64,000 nucleotides of DNA from Adineta vaga (taxonomy: Eukaryota; Animalia; Rotifera): NCBI GenBank assembly GCA_021613535.1, contig CP075493.1, forward strand, positions 10,205,179 to 10,269,178, given 5' to 3'. A model generated the notes under the pieces. The model worked only from the letters and a program-made list of their open reading frames with translations, did not search any database and had not been told where the DNA came from. Of this stretch, positions 1 to 13,986 are shown in pieces (position 1 is the first letter of the stretch; each line of letters starts with the position of its first letter). The position numbers and the translations under genes were made by a program.

Positions 1-454
1 GGAACTTCGATATCTTCGTAATTGATGTAATATTCGAAAATTGATCAAAGTTCTTTTTATTTCTATCATCATGAATACTAAACATATCAACAGAAAATCA
101 ACGACATTTATTAATTTAAAAACAAAAAGAAAACAGTACGATCTACATCATTTTGGAAGGTACAATAAAAGTGAAGCTTATCTTCTCTTTATGTCAAAAT
201 TAAAAAAAAATGAAATTTATCAAACCAATTCTTTCCGTAAGTAAACATACAAAAATAATCCTATCACATGTGAACAAGATCATATTTTTCTTGGATTTAT
301 TCTGTCGTTATGGTCAAAAGTCGAAGAAGATAAATAAATATCTGACAAAGAGTGGTACATTAACTATTTTTGAATAAGATTTCTAGTTGTTTTTCACTAA
401 TTTTCAATAAAAGAAAAACAAAAACCTTATTCTGTTCAAATTACTCTTAAAAAA

Positions 455-3400
455 TTATGAAGTAGAAGATACTTCATAGACATGATCATCATCAAAACCA
501 ACTGATCCCGTATTCGTAATAGGTGCTATTCGACCTGTTGAATCGATATAAGTTATAATTGTGCTTCTTGACGGTACGACAGGTGAGGAAGAAACACTTG
601 TCTACAATAGAAAAACAAAACAAAACAGTTCTTGTAATCAATATTGTTAAAAATTTTTACTTTAGGTGAAACATTAATATCGAATCGAACAACGCTGGCA
701 TCTCGACGCAATTCACCTGGTTCGGTTACAGTATGATCGATTCGATTATTTAAATACTTTATTTGTTGTTCAAGTGAGTGAATTTTCGATGTTAACACAA
801 AGTTTTCATGATGCATTTCATGTTCTTTCGTATCTTTCTCATCCATACTATCACATAAAAAAACAAAAAAATTCATTGGATATTATACTTTTATAACAAG
901 ATATCTATAGTCAATGATAGTTAAATTAGTACCTTACAAGTAATTGTCGTCTTCCATCAATTGCTTTTTGATAAAATGTCTGTTGATTTAATCTGATATC
1001 CGCATCTTTAGTTAGTAAGTGTCGTGTTTCTTGAAGATCTCGTTGAATATTTCGAATATAGTCAACATATTTCGTTTTAGAACATTCATGAATATCCCTA
1101 ATGAAAAGATACATTTATTTTTTTATTTCTGTCAAAATTGCATTGGTAACTGAAAAACAAACTTTTCCTCTTGTAAACGTTGTTTATATTTTTGTTTGAG
1201 TATTTCATAACTTTTCTTTAAATGCTCAATTTGCTGTTGATATGTTCGACATGTTAACTGACAGTGGAGATTATCCGATTTTTCTTTGAGATACAATTGA
1301 AGAACACTTGATGAATGAGAATTCTCAGACTAGTTATTAACATAAAGTTTCAACAAAAATCATACATTTTTATTTTCAACTTACTGATTTTTCCGAAGCT
1401 GGTAGTTGAGGATGAATATGTGAATAATAATCTGCTGTTAATCGACATTCAATTAATTCATACTGTAGTGATTGATTCTCTTCCGTTCGTGCATAGAGTT
1501 CATTACGTACATCAGAATATTCTTGTTTCAATCGTTTTAATTTCATTTCCAGACTATGCCTAAATAGTAAATAAACAACTTCATGTCAAATACAATCGAA
1601 TGCAAATAAAATTGAACAAACCGTCGAAGTTGTTCATCATGAATTGAATGTTTTAAGATAGTGTTTTCATCAGATTTTGTTATCAATTCATTTTTTAACA
1701 TAAGAAGCTCACGTTTTGTAGATTGATTTATTTGATCGAACGAGTAACGGTGATGTTCTTGAGGTAGTAGATTCTGTTCTGACAATTGCTTATCGACTGT
1801 AGACAATGCAAGTGAATCTTGTAGTTTCTGTTAAAAATCAATAAACAGAAACGTTTTCAGACATTTCTTCAAATGACTTACATGTTGTTGTTCGTCAGAT
1901 AGTGCTTGTTCAAGTTCGTTAATTTTCATAGCTTTCATCTTATTCTCTTGTGATAACTGGTTATTAATTGTAACAAATAATGTTGACCGTTCTGCTAGAT
2001 CAATTTGTATTTGCTCAATAAACTAAAATCAGACAATAGAATTGTTTCGGGGAGAAAAAAAAGAATTAATTATTTTACAAACATTTTGTTTTTCATTGAT
2101 TTCAGTTTGCAATTTATCAATTTTCGAACGATAATGTTCTAATTGATTAGCGTATTGATTAATATGATGTTGTAATTGAATATTTGTTTGATGACTTTTT
2201 AATATTTCACTATCATAATTTTCCTAAAATAAAAAAGATGTTATTTATCAACAAAACTAAATAAAAGATTATTTCATTTCAACATACAGTCATTTGTTTC
2301 TGTATGGTACGTAAAGATTCTATTTGAGATTGATATTCGGCAATTTCATTATCATATTTCTCCTGTAATTCAGTGAGATTTGTAATTACTTGAGGTGTTC
2401 GATTCTGTGAGATTTGTTCCTGATAATCAATTGGCACTATAATCAGTTCAACATCTTGTGTTGTTTCGCTTTTCGAATTTGTTGTCTAGAACATGGGATT
2501 AAAAAAATAAGGAATATTTCTGAAGATAGATTACCTGTTGTTTCAACACTTCATTTTCTTGTTGAAGTTGTTGATATTGATTTTGTAGAGAAGTAAATTG
2601 TGATAGAATAATATCGCGTTGTTGAATAGTATCATCCATTTGTTGAACGAAAACAAGTTCTTTCTGCCGATAATCATTTCGAAGTTTGTCAATTGCATCA
2701 CGAATAGACTAGAAAAAATAAGTCATACTAGCAATAAAACAAGACAAATATTTTCTTATGTTGGAAATTAACATTCGACTTTATAGAATCACATACTATC
2801 TATACTTCGATTCATTTAGATAAGACTAGAGAAATGATTCTTTAACTTTCTAACAATAAGTTTTGTTTGAAAAAGTAACTTGGTCCCCAAGGCATTCATT
2901 CAATATGTCATCATCATACAATCACTGTTGTTTTTCGAGTTTTTATCACTTTCACTTAAGCTCAAAACGTAAAGTGCCTACTTATATATATATATATATA
3001 TATATATGTAAGAACACTTATCAAACAACTTCTTCATTTCTCTCATCGATTGATTGTAGATGTAGAAAAACACATGCTATGTATTACACTTCACCTTACA
3101 TTATATTTTTGTTCTTGCTTTTCATTTTGTTCGGTAAGATCTTGAATTGTTTCTTTATATTCTTGTTGTTTTTGTTCGAATTCATTTGCCATTGCAATAT
3201 TCATTCGTTCTACACGAGCCAATTTCTAGTAGAACAATTTAGAAAGATAATCCAACAAAAATATATACATATATCGATTGAATTTACTTTAGGAAGTTTT
3301 TGTGCATGTTGAGTAGCTTGTAGAATTTGTTTATAATGATGATTTGTATCAACTAAATCTTGTTTATCTCTTTCATATGCTTGTTTCATATGATGCATTT

Positions 3401-5366
3401 GTTCACGTAGATGAATCAGTTCATCTTCTAATTCATGATTCCTCTGAGTTATTTGATCAATTTCAATTTTAAAATGCGAAGTATCTGAATGATTAGTTTG
3501 AAGAAAATCATTTTCACGTTGTTTCAATCTATTCATTTCTTGTACGAGTGTTAATTGACGAAGTCTGCAATGTTCCATTTCTTCAGCCCATTGACTTCTT
3601 TCATTGTAAAGATATTGATTTTCTTCATAGATTGTATCAACTTCTTGTAGACGGGATTGAAGTATTTGATTTTCATTTGTTAATTCATCTAATCTGTCAT
3701 GTAATTGATCGATTTCATTCTGTAAATCATTAATAGTTGGTTGTTGTTTGTAAAGAGAGAGTGTTGATGCTGGCCGTGGTGATGAAACTTTCGATGATGC
3801 AATACAAAGATCTTCAATTGAACTCATAATTGAACTTGTACCTTTTTCGATTTGATTTTGTAACTTTTGTAAATCATAATCACGTTGTTGTAATGTTTGT
3901 TCTAGACGGTGAACGTGCTCGTGTAATTCAACAATATCATTTGATGAATAAGCAATCGAAAGATTTTCAACATCTGTTCTTGAAGAATGCGTTGAGATTG
4001 GTGAAAGTTGTAATTGATTAGATAGCGATGATGGTGGTGTTGGATAAATATGCACCTACAAATAGATGAATCAATCTTAGAAAAATTTTATTCACTTTTG
4101 TTTTATTCATTAGAAAAATTAAACATAGAAAAAAAAGGGAACTCTTTGTTTGTTAATACGCGAATAAATGGAATCTAACAAGGACGTTGTCTCGGTAGAG
4201 CAACTATTGCTTGGTATATATTAGAAACCTATCGAATTCAAGACCAAATTCCGATATTTATTCAAGACAAATATGATTCTCTTGTATAGAATTTGATAAA
4301 ACTTACTTGTTTCGAAAATGTGACTTGTTGTTGAGACAATCTTTTATTAGTTAATCGTAATTCTTCACATTCTTCCAATGCTGCTGTTAATTTTGTTTTT
4401 AAATAACTAATTTCATCGAAATTTATCATTTGTTTCATTTGATTATTTTCACTGATAGCTTGATTTAATTGTTGCTGTAAATGTATATTTACTGATTCTA
4501 ATAACTGAACTTGTTCATAAACAGGATCACTTGTTTTGAAATAGTTCAATTCAGAATATAGATGTTCATTTTCTTGTACGATTTCTTCGATGATTCGTTT
4601 CAATTGTTGATAATCTTTCGATTCAGTTGTTGATCGAGGATTTTCAGGTGCATCAATAAGATTTCGATATAAAATCAATTGTTTTGATAACGAACGATGT
4701 TCATTCATCAAACGATCATTTTCATTTTCAACTTCGTCAAGACGATGTTTCAAGATTTGATCTTGTTTTTCGTAAATTGAACGAAGATATTCGATCTAGA
4801 TTTACAAGGAAAAAAACGTGGTGAAATAAATTTCTTTTAGTCAAAACTTACTTCATCGATAAGTTCAAAACGTTCAGAAAGAAAACATTCTATTTGCTGA
4901 ACTCTGTCCAAATGAATCAGATAAGACAGATCAGCATTTTGAAGCAAACGAGCTATATAAATAGCACGTTCGTCATTATCAACAGGCACTAAAAGCAAAT
5001 TTCAGATAATAATGAAATAGTAAATAGAATAATTTTTTCAGAATATCGACTTTCAAGTGTTATAAATTTTAATTACATAGTGTCAAAACTCGAATTGAGA
5101 ATCAGTTCTTATTAACAAAGTAATCAAAGCTTACCAGGGAGATTCGAGCCAGAATAATCATCACTGTTTGTTGTAGATAAATCACCTTGTTGTTGATATT
5201 GTTCAGTATCAAATGTATATCGTTCTTTTTCACTATTTTCGTTCACAACACCTTCGACTTCTTCTCCAGTATCCATCAAACTTTCAGTCTGCTGTTGTTG
5301 TTGTTGTTGATGATGTCTTTGTCGATTTGTTGTGTACATATTCAAAGAATTCTCGACATCAATCAA
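455..5366 (-). CDS. Large multi-exon coiled-coil protein gene, family not resolved (possibly a cargo-adaptor-type coiled coil). N-terminal exon carries a poly-Q tract; terminal exon ends ...GFDDDHVYEVSSTS*.
   Basis: Minus-strand ORF pieces 5124-5366, 4262-4753, 3210-4055, 926-1114 and 553-876 have heptad-like, E/Q/L/K-rich composition. They are joined by short GT..AG introns, for example gtaaaaat...ttgtag at about 601-660. The poly-Q tract is encoded by (TTG)n on the plus strand at about 5290-5312. Start taken as the ATG at 5366; stop read at 455-457. Confidence 0.55.
2984..3007. repeat. (TA)12 microsatellite inside an intron of the coiled-coil gene.
   Basis: tatatatatatatatatatatata at 2984-3007. 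Confidence 0.9.
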
Positions 5367-6281
5367 CGTTCAAATCGAAGTGTTACGATAAATGGTCAGT
5401 GACTGTCCTTTTTATATGTGTTTGTTCTAATCCAGCAAGTGATCAATCTTAGCATCTTAACTTTATTCTAGGACGTTTCTGTTTTAGTAACTCGCATGCA
5501 TATGAAGACGTACATTAATAAAAAACACATCATCCTCATGCATACTTCTTGTTCATCTAAGAGAGAGAGAGAGGGAGGGAGGGGAAAAAAAGAAATTTGT
5601 ATGTAAATGTGCATAGATATGAAAGATGTTGTTCAATCGACGTAATATCAACATATGCAGACAAAGAGTAGAGAGTAAAAAGAAATTGTATAAGTAATCG
5701 TTCAAAGAATATATAAAAATGCACAGAAGTGTGAGAAGTTCTATGTGATTGATGGTACTCTATTTATATAAGAGAAGCTTTCTTCTTCTCTTCTCGGTGC
5801 ACATTAGAATTATAATTTTATTCATCTCAACTTACGAGATTGTATTTGTGATTATTATAAAAGTGTTTTTATTACAAACGAATGCAAATTTAACATTTAG
5901 ATCGAGATATCAAAATGAGTATATTTGATAGAAAATGATCAGGTGAATGTATCATATTTTATATGATGATATTGTTCATAGAATGAACCAAGTGTTCTTC
6001 TCCTTGAGATGTTTTGTCGACAAACAAATTCGAATCGAAACAAATGAAGAGATATTATAATCAACTGAATGATCTTGAGAATGAAAGTGTGGATGTGTTA
6101 TTGTATATTGTGGAAACATTGTTTTCTATACGAGATTTACCGATAAAATTAATCAGAAGTGAGAAATTTGTTTATTCACGTTTGCTCTAAATGAATTCTA
6201 AATACTTCATCAAATCAAAATTTTCATAAAAAGTTGATTAACAATAATCACCAAAGCTTAAAAATGAAAGAAAAAAAAAAT

Positions 6282-8178
6282 TTATAATCGTACAGCATAA
6301 ATTCCACATCCAGGTAATGTCGGGAAAATACTTTGATCTGCTTTGCTAGCCCGTTTCGAATCATTACTACCAATATAAAACTTATCACGAACACTGGCAA
6401 TAAATTTATCCAAATTTTCTTGTCGAACAAGTGAAACTGCACATCCACCCCATCCAGCACCTGTAAGACGTGAACCAAGTGCACCACTTTGTCTAAACAA
6501 CAGTATTATTTCATTTTTGTTATCTTTCATAAGAAATATTCGTGTAAATAAAACATACCGACAAATGTCTGTTAATTCATCAAGCTCATTACTACTACAT
6601 TCATATAATCTTGAACAACTATTATGACTTTGATTCATTAATTCTCCAAGTGTTTCAAGACGATCATGTGTATTCGAATCACACACTTCTTTGAAAAGTA
6701 ATACACGATTTGCTTCACTAAGAACATGTTTCATACGTTTACATAATTCGAATTTTTGTTCTAAAAACATCAAGACTAGGAATGCAAAGCAATAAATCGA
6801 AACCGACCTCGATTAATGTTTGCTTTTAAACTGATAGCGATCAATTCGTCGACAGAAACATCTAATAATCCAGCTACTTCATCAAGTGTATAGGGGACTT
6901 CATGAAGTGAATCTGTTGCAAATTTTTCTAATTCATTTATTGTCCAACCCAAAGCAGTTTGAAGTTCATACGGTTTACGAATAGTACGCCAATCAAGTCC
7001 CTTTAGCATGTGTTAATATCTTTCAAGTAAAGAAATTCTTATAGAATGAAAATATATTAAATCATCCATCAGTTTTACTTGAGTTGCTAATCGACATTCA
7101 GATACACGAATATTAAAATGATCTGTTGCTGCTTTATTTACTTCTGTTAAAGAATGTGTTACGACAAAAGCACAACCAACTGGTCTGGTAACGTAACATC
7201 ATACGTTTTCAATGGATTAAAACTGATCAGCATTGCCTATATAATGAAAATTATAAAGAATCAAATACGATTGATACAAAAAAGAACGTACAGAACCACT
7301 ATGTGCAAGACATGATGCCGCTTGATCCATTCCACCTTTTCAAAAATATTAATTTTAATAAACATCATCGCTTCTCAATGAAATTACCTCCTTGTGTCCC
7401 AATATATTTTTCACATTCAGCACAAAGTTCTGCAAGATCACTCTAAAACATGTCTCATGAGATTAAATATATATATATATATGGCGAAATGAAATGTAAA
7501 CCTTGCTTATATTGATTCCATTATTAATCGCTGTAGTCAAAGCTGCACAAACAACTAAAGCTGATGATGACGATAGGCCAGCACTACGTGGAATTGTTCC
7601 ATCAATTAAGACTTTCATGCCTTTTAATTTTATATCAGGATATTTATCACGAATACCTTGCACACCACATTTAAAATATTCATACCAATTCGCATTTTCA
7701 TACGAAATAGAAAAATTCTGAAGATCAAATGAACCTTCTCTATAAATAGTAAAAACGAAATTGTTACAAAATATCTATAAGTTAATCATTGAAATTCTTT
7801 ACTTGAATGATTGATCATTATTACTAATTTCTACTTCATTACCATCAACAGCTGCAAAAACGGATACAATATCTTGATCAACAGCCATTGGTAACACTGA
7901 ATACCCACAATAATCAATATGCTCACCTTGAACAAAAAGAAATGATCTCTCTTCACATTAAAACTTCATTTTCATTATTACCAATTAGATTCACACGTCC
8001 AGGCGCACGACAAAGAAACTGTGGTTGAACATCAGCATATACCGTTTTAAATTTTTCTACTAATTGTTTAAATCTTTCTTCACTAAAGCAAAGATTAATC
8101 AGAACATTCTCGTGAAATCATAGTAAATACTCACTTCGGATTTTGTGGTATTCCATCAGCTATTGAAATCAAATCCAT
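6282..8178 (-). CDS. GALK2: N-acetylgalactosamine kinase / galactokinase 2 (GHMP kinase), multi-exon.
   Basis: Galactokinase signature [24 protein letters not shown] at about 7880-8060. GHMP ATP-binding motif PRSAGLSSSSALVVCAALT in ORF 7463-7663. C-terminal motif RLTGAGWGGCAVSLV in ORF 6282-6773, which carries an in-frame retained intron at about 6490-6556. Start MDLISIADGIPQNP at about 8178. Confidence 0.85.
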
Positions 8179-8957
8179 ATCACTTAACTTCTTCTTATTC
8201 TTCTTTCTATTAGTAAGTTCAAATCTAAAATGTGTCTTATCTCATATTTTATCTCTAGTTCTTTATATATATATATACAAACACGCTCAATAGCGTTTCT
8301 TTTTTAACTATAGATCTCTTTCACACATACAATAATAATTCATCGTATGAAAGACACACGACACACACACACATACATGTATAAAGAAGTTACACACATA
8401 TTAAAGGCTTCAATCATCTCGAGAAAGAGAGATAGAGAAAGAGAAGAAAAAAAGAGTAACAACAAAGAATACAACGACTTTGGATGTCAAAATAGATATA
8501 ACATTTATATGTATTTACAAAAAAAAACGTAAACAGAAAGAATATTGAGAATATATATTTGTTTGTTTCGTATTTCTCTTCAATTATTCGTTTCGCATAG
8601 CAAAGATAAACTGTTCAATAGAAGAGAAGAAGAGAAAACAATACGAAGAAATCTTCGAAATAAATTTCATTTTCTATGACTTGTCATCAACATTATCATC
8701 ATCATCATCGAAAATTCTTATCAGATCGTCAAATAAACATGGATGTTTTTTTTCTTCATATTTTTTTCTACAGAAACAAAAGACAAAAACAACCACCGGT
8801 TCACAAAATAAGAAGAAGAAGAAGAAGAAGAAGACAGAGAAGACAAGCTTATTGCATAAACATAAAGCCATGTTCAATGACATCTCAATGAGATTTCATA
8901 GAAAAACAAACAAATAATATTTATAAGAAAAGTATGTATAAAGTATATTTATATATG

Positions 8958-11900
8958 CTATCGTTCTTTCGTCCGTTTTATTGTCGAAGATTTTGACATT
9001 GAACAGATATCTTGTAATGTATTTCCATGATCAAGCAAATTAACAAGTATAGTAGATATTTGAGTTAGGTGTTCACAAAAACAACGATGCCGTTGACTAT
9101 TAGCCTACAAAAGGAAAAGAAATCAATTCATATAATATTTGTATTGTATCTTTTGTTTCTAAAAACTAAACACTATGTTTGAAAAACAACTATCATCTTC
9201 ATTTTAAAATCTGAATAAACAAGATTTTCATTTATCTTACTTCGATAAGATCTTCGACAGTCCTTCGTATTGATTGATCTTCAATATCTAATAATTGTGT
9301 TATATCAGACAATTGATTTTGTGTCATTTGTTCGTCTTGTGTCTAAAATGAACAAAAACACATTTATTACTATTTCTAAAAATCGCCTTTTTTTCTCCTT
9401 ACCAGATCGGATAGATATGTTGTTAATTGATCAATACGCCAGGTTGCCCACGGTTCAGTTAGTCGTTTTCGTATCGTCTCAATACTTTTGACCGGTACAG
9501 TTCTTTTTGGATCTAGGGAAAAATAAAATTTGAAGATCAAACAAAACAACATATTCAATGAAATTGTTTACTCGTTCGAATAATATCTGAATATTTTTCA
9601 TAATGATTGATTTTTGGTTTCCACGAAAAACGTGATACAAGTGTACTCATGGATTGCGGTCGAGTTTTTCCTCCAATCCAACGAATGCCAGTTCGTTTAT
9701 CATCATAAACAAAATCTACAGAAAAGAAAAACAAATTCAATGAATTTATTTCGAATGTAATTCTTCTTACCCTGTGATAATCGTCGAAGAAGTTCATCAT
9801 CGATTTGATTGATAAGTATATCTGTAGATGTTGTTTCTTGTTTAATATTTTCATTCGATACTAATTCAGGAGTTACTTTCGTAATTGCTCTTCGTTTTCG
9901 AGATAATAGAGCAGCATTGGCTGTTTCTGCTGAATTACGCTTTTTGGATATACCACTCGTATCAATACCGATGGATGATACTGGTGTCGTATTTTCAATA
10001 GAAAATTTTGATAATGGACGATTACGAGAATTGGAAAGCTTCTTTAAATTCGATGATGAATCAAACTGTTCATAATGAATTAGTTTCGACGGTGGCTCAC
10101 TAGATGATAGTGGATCACTGAGAGAAAAGAAGACAAGGAAAGATATAAAATGAAATAGAAGAAAATGATTTTAAAATTTACTCATCGATTAGTTTGTGCT
10201 TTTTCGGTTGTCGAATAGTTGTTGCTGTTGCTGATGATAGTGATGATGATGATGATGCTGGTAGAACAGTTGTTGATATTGGTGTTATTTGTTGAGTGGA
10301 TGGTTGTAAAGGAAGGCGTGTTCGATTTTTCGTTGACATTTTATTATGATGAACTAAAAATAGTAAGGTTTATTCAAAAAAGAAACGAACGAAAAGATTT
10401 AATTCATTTCTTACGATTTTTAATAATTGTTGAATCGTTAAGTTTTTCATCCGTTTGCATTTCACGAATAATTGGTGTTGTTATTGTAGTTGTTGTTGAT
10501 TGATGATTATTATTATGATCCATTGAACGTTGTGTAGTTGATATAAGTACAGATGGTGTTGAGGAAGAAGAGGTTGATGATGAATATAAATGGGTTGCTG
10601 GAAGTGTAAATTGAACTGGTTGTTGGGGAGAATTGATTGACTCGGAATTTGTTGATGAGGGTAACAATTGCATATGAAAATAAGTTTGATGACCAGAAGA
10701 ATCAAGATTTTTTGTCGTATATGAATGCGGATGTTGAACTTGAACATTCAAGGATGCTAGAGGATTTTCAGTTGTTGTCGGAGATGACAAACCAAAATGC
10801 ATACTTATTGGAAAAGAATCCGTTTTTTCACTTTTTACAGTTTGAACATGAGTGATATGTGGATGATGATGATGATGATGATGTTCAGAAGATGATATTG
10901 AAGTAGGAATCAATTGTACTGGTCGAGAAAGTACTTTAGCTAAATAAAAGAAATTATTCGTTTATTTAATTGAAGTTTTATTTGAATCATTTATTACAAA
11001 ATAAAACATTCTTTAAAGTAAGATTCACTTTTCTTCTTATCTACCCACAGTTTACTTTGTTGTTAAGTTGGATTTTTCTTTATACAAAGACCTGATAATA
11101 ACCACAACACACTAAAAGATCTAACAAATACAAACATTTCGTTCTAAACTGATCTTACAAATCGTTCTCGAACAGTAAGTTGTTCTTTAGAAGACTCCTA
11201 GCTACTAAATCGAAACGATCATTTTCATACATTCTTCCAGTAAAGATACGACGATTGGTGAATACAATGTTCAAGAAAAAGTCTGATTTTCATTACTTAA
11301 AATATTTTCAAAGACAATACCTGTTGGTAACATAGATGATGGTGGAATTGAAACTACAAAAGAAAAAGAAGAAATATGTAAGTTACTTTCCAGATCTATC
11401 TTTCTTTCAAACTTACAAATCTTCGTGGCTTGTGTTTGTTGTTGTGGTTGCCAAAAATTATTATTTGTATTTGATGCATTTGTATTTTGTTGAATGACTA
11501 ATTTTGGTGTAATATTATTTGTAACATTCGTTGATGATGATGATGCAGATACTGACGATGAATTCGAATTTGTAATCAATGGTTGTACAAGTGTAACACG
11601 ATTTTTCGATAGAAAAACGGATTGATTTGTATTGCTTGAACAGGATTTATCTGTTCCCATTGTTGACATATCATTTGTAGATGAGATTGTCACACTATTT
11701 AATGTCTGAATTTTTGGTGATGTTGTTCCAGGTGGAATTAATGTTACTAATGATGACGATGATGTTGAATTTGAAGGAATTTGTTGTTTATTTACTGTTG
11801 TTGTACTGCTCTGTTGTGGATTTAATATATATGTTTTAGCTGTTGAAAAACCTCCATTCATGGATGATTTATCCGTCAATTGGAACTGTAAATTTGTTGG

Positions 11901-12360
11901 AGGAGATGATTTACCAGTTGGTGTAACTAAACGAATTGATGATGGAGTTGTAGTTGTTGTTGATGTGGTTACATTTGATGATGATGATGATGTATGTCTC
12001 ACATTGTTATTTGAATTATCTAAATGTGAATCAGCTAAAAAAATCACATTTCAAGATGATTGACTCATGTATGAATAAATAAACATACGGATGGATAATT
12101 TTTTCACGATTGTTAATGGACTTGCCACACCGGGCATTGATATTGTAGGTACGAGTGGTTTTGGATGCTAAAGAAAAGAAAATTCATCAATATTTTATCT
12201 ATATTATTTGAACTTATTTAACGAACCAATTTTAAACCAGAATAAATAAGTGTCGTTGCAGTCGTTGCTGATAATGTAGAACAATCAATATCGTTCGATA
12301 TTTGTTGTTGTTGTTCGTTTAAAACATCACTCTGCATTGGTTGTAATGATCGTCGGTGTG
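8958..12360 (-). CDS. Ser/Thr-rich, poly-His-containing low-complexity protein with a short non-repetitive C-terminal region (exons at about 8958-9720). Possibly a transcriptional regulator; family unresolved.
   Basis: Minus ORFs 11271-12047 and 10404-10913 are S/T/N-rich; the His run HHHHHHHP is encoded by (GAT)n at 10863-10882. Downstream exons encode ...DFVYDDKRTGIRWIGGKTRPQSMSTLVSRFSWKPK, ...TEPWATWRIDQLTTYLSDLV and ...LVNLLDHGNTLQDICSMSKSSTIKRTKER*. Start tentatively MTVRICSHRR at about 12360. Confidence 0.45.
10863..10882 (-). repeat. (ATC/GAT)n trinucleotide repeat encoding poly-His (HHHHHHH) in the S/T-rich protein.
   Basis: ggatgatgatgatgatgatgatg on the plus strand; the minus-strand ORF 10404-10913 reads SSEHHHHHHHP. 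Confidence 0.85.
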
Positions 12361-13986
12361 AACATATGCGGACTGTCATACACAAACTAAAAAATCAAAC
12401 GTTTTGTTTATTATTATCCGAATAAGAATTGCCCAAAAACGAACGACAAGAAAAAGAAATCAAGAGAGGGAGAGCAGCAACAGGCTACCCCAGGAGTGCA
12501 ACGATGTCTTTTAGCTACATATGCGTATGGAGAGAGAGAGAAGACGCATGAGTCTGTCGCTTTTTTTCCTTTCTTTCCTCTTTCTTTCTCTCCCTCCTTC
12601 TATTCGTTCCTTCGATCTATCAAAAGGCTTGGTTCGATGATGGTCGTTTTCTTTTCTTTTCTTTTCTTTAGTTTGTGTTGTTTTCTCTTCGTTCGAGCTC
12701 GGCAGCGGTGGTAGCTATCGTCTACATATATACATTAATGACAATCTCGGGCATCGTGCATGTGTGCGAGGCATGCCTGACCTACGTAAAATTGCACGTT
12801 GATTGGTTAAAAGGAACGATGTAGGAAGAAAAAGATTTGACAACGCAAAAGAAAAGAACATAATACAACACACATACACGACCGAGCAAGAATGATTTTT
12901 TTTCTTCTTTCGATCATTTTTATTTTAAGGTAATATAGAACGATTGAATCGTGTTATCAATTAAAATACTTGTTGTTTTTATCCGAATATTAAGACGAAT
13001 TTTTCTTTTTTTGTTTTGTGAATAGAACGATGGACCAGCTGCTATTCTTTCAGAATCTTTTTCTTCTCGCTATTTTTTTTTGTCTATTCTTCTTCTTTGT
13101 CAATTAAGTCTGATGTCGATGAGAAAAGAGAAAAGTAAATGCAACCAATGTGTAGTATTTCTTCTTTTCTTCTTATCGTCGTACGACTATTCTTTTCTGG
13201 GCTTTTATTCGCGCAATATTGGTCGGACGCATGTAGACAGACAGTAACAGGCGACGTGAAAAAAAACGGAGAAGAAAATGAAATACATGCATATACACTC
13301 TTAGATAGATTCATTCGATAAGTAACTAAAACCTTTCACCATTTGTCTTTTTTCTTTTCTTTGCCTAAATCAAGAGATAAAAATCAATGATAAATTTTCA
13401 AGATTGTTTGATTATCTAATGAAGAAGAGATTCTTTTTTTTGTTGCCTTTTGTATATTTGCACTTACTAATGATGTGAATGTTGAAAGAAGACAGACGAA
13501 GGACATTTATGACTTAATTGAAGTATATTTCGAAGACATGAATGATTTCTATTTAAATGTATATGACAAATACATCAAATAGTCGAAATTCTTTTTTATT
13601 TCGTCTTGTGGCACATGAACTGAAAGTTGTATAATGTTATAGCAAGTATAAAGAAAAGAAATATGCATATAAACTAAACAGCACAACAAGATGAATTTTG
13701 AAAACGGAAAGAAAGGAAAAAATATAATTGGCTATTTCAAAGTGATTCTACTGATGCATTTATGCATTTAGTTGAACGGTTTTTATGAATAAGAAAAAGA
13801 TATTATTTGAACGAAATATTTCTTTAAAATATAGATCTTCATAAAATACGTCATATCGAAGAGGATAGAGTCTGAATTATAATTTTGTATTGGCAGATTA
13901 GAACACGGACTTCGTGTGCTGAAGAACTGTGTTGTGAGAAAACTTGATTTTTGTCATTCGATTTTCGTGAAATTACAAAGAAAAAG
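12361..13986. promoter_or_regulatory. Divergent (bidirectional) intergenic region between the S/T-rich gene (-) and ASCC2 (+). It contains CT-rich and T-rich tracts (12540-12700).
   Basis: Inferred from the flanking gene starts on opposite strands. Pyrimidine tracts tttcctttctttcctctttctttctctccctccttc. No TATA or Inr call made. Confidence 0.3.

Noticed and set aside
2863-3312. 149-aa plus-strand ORF containing IYIYIYI
   Set aside because: It is the translation of a (TA)12 microsatellite plus AT-rich intron/exon sequence antisense to the minus-strand coiled-coil gene. Composition is not protein-like.
8674-8917. Three overlapping ORFs (poly-H, poly-R, poly-K, poly-F) in both orientations
   Set aside because: All derive from a (GAA)n/(CAT)n low-complexity intergenic tract at 8690-8840. 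The mutually overlapping frames and homopolymeric products indicate a simple repeat, not coding sequence.
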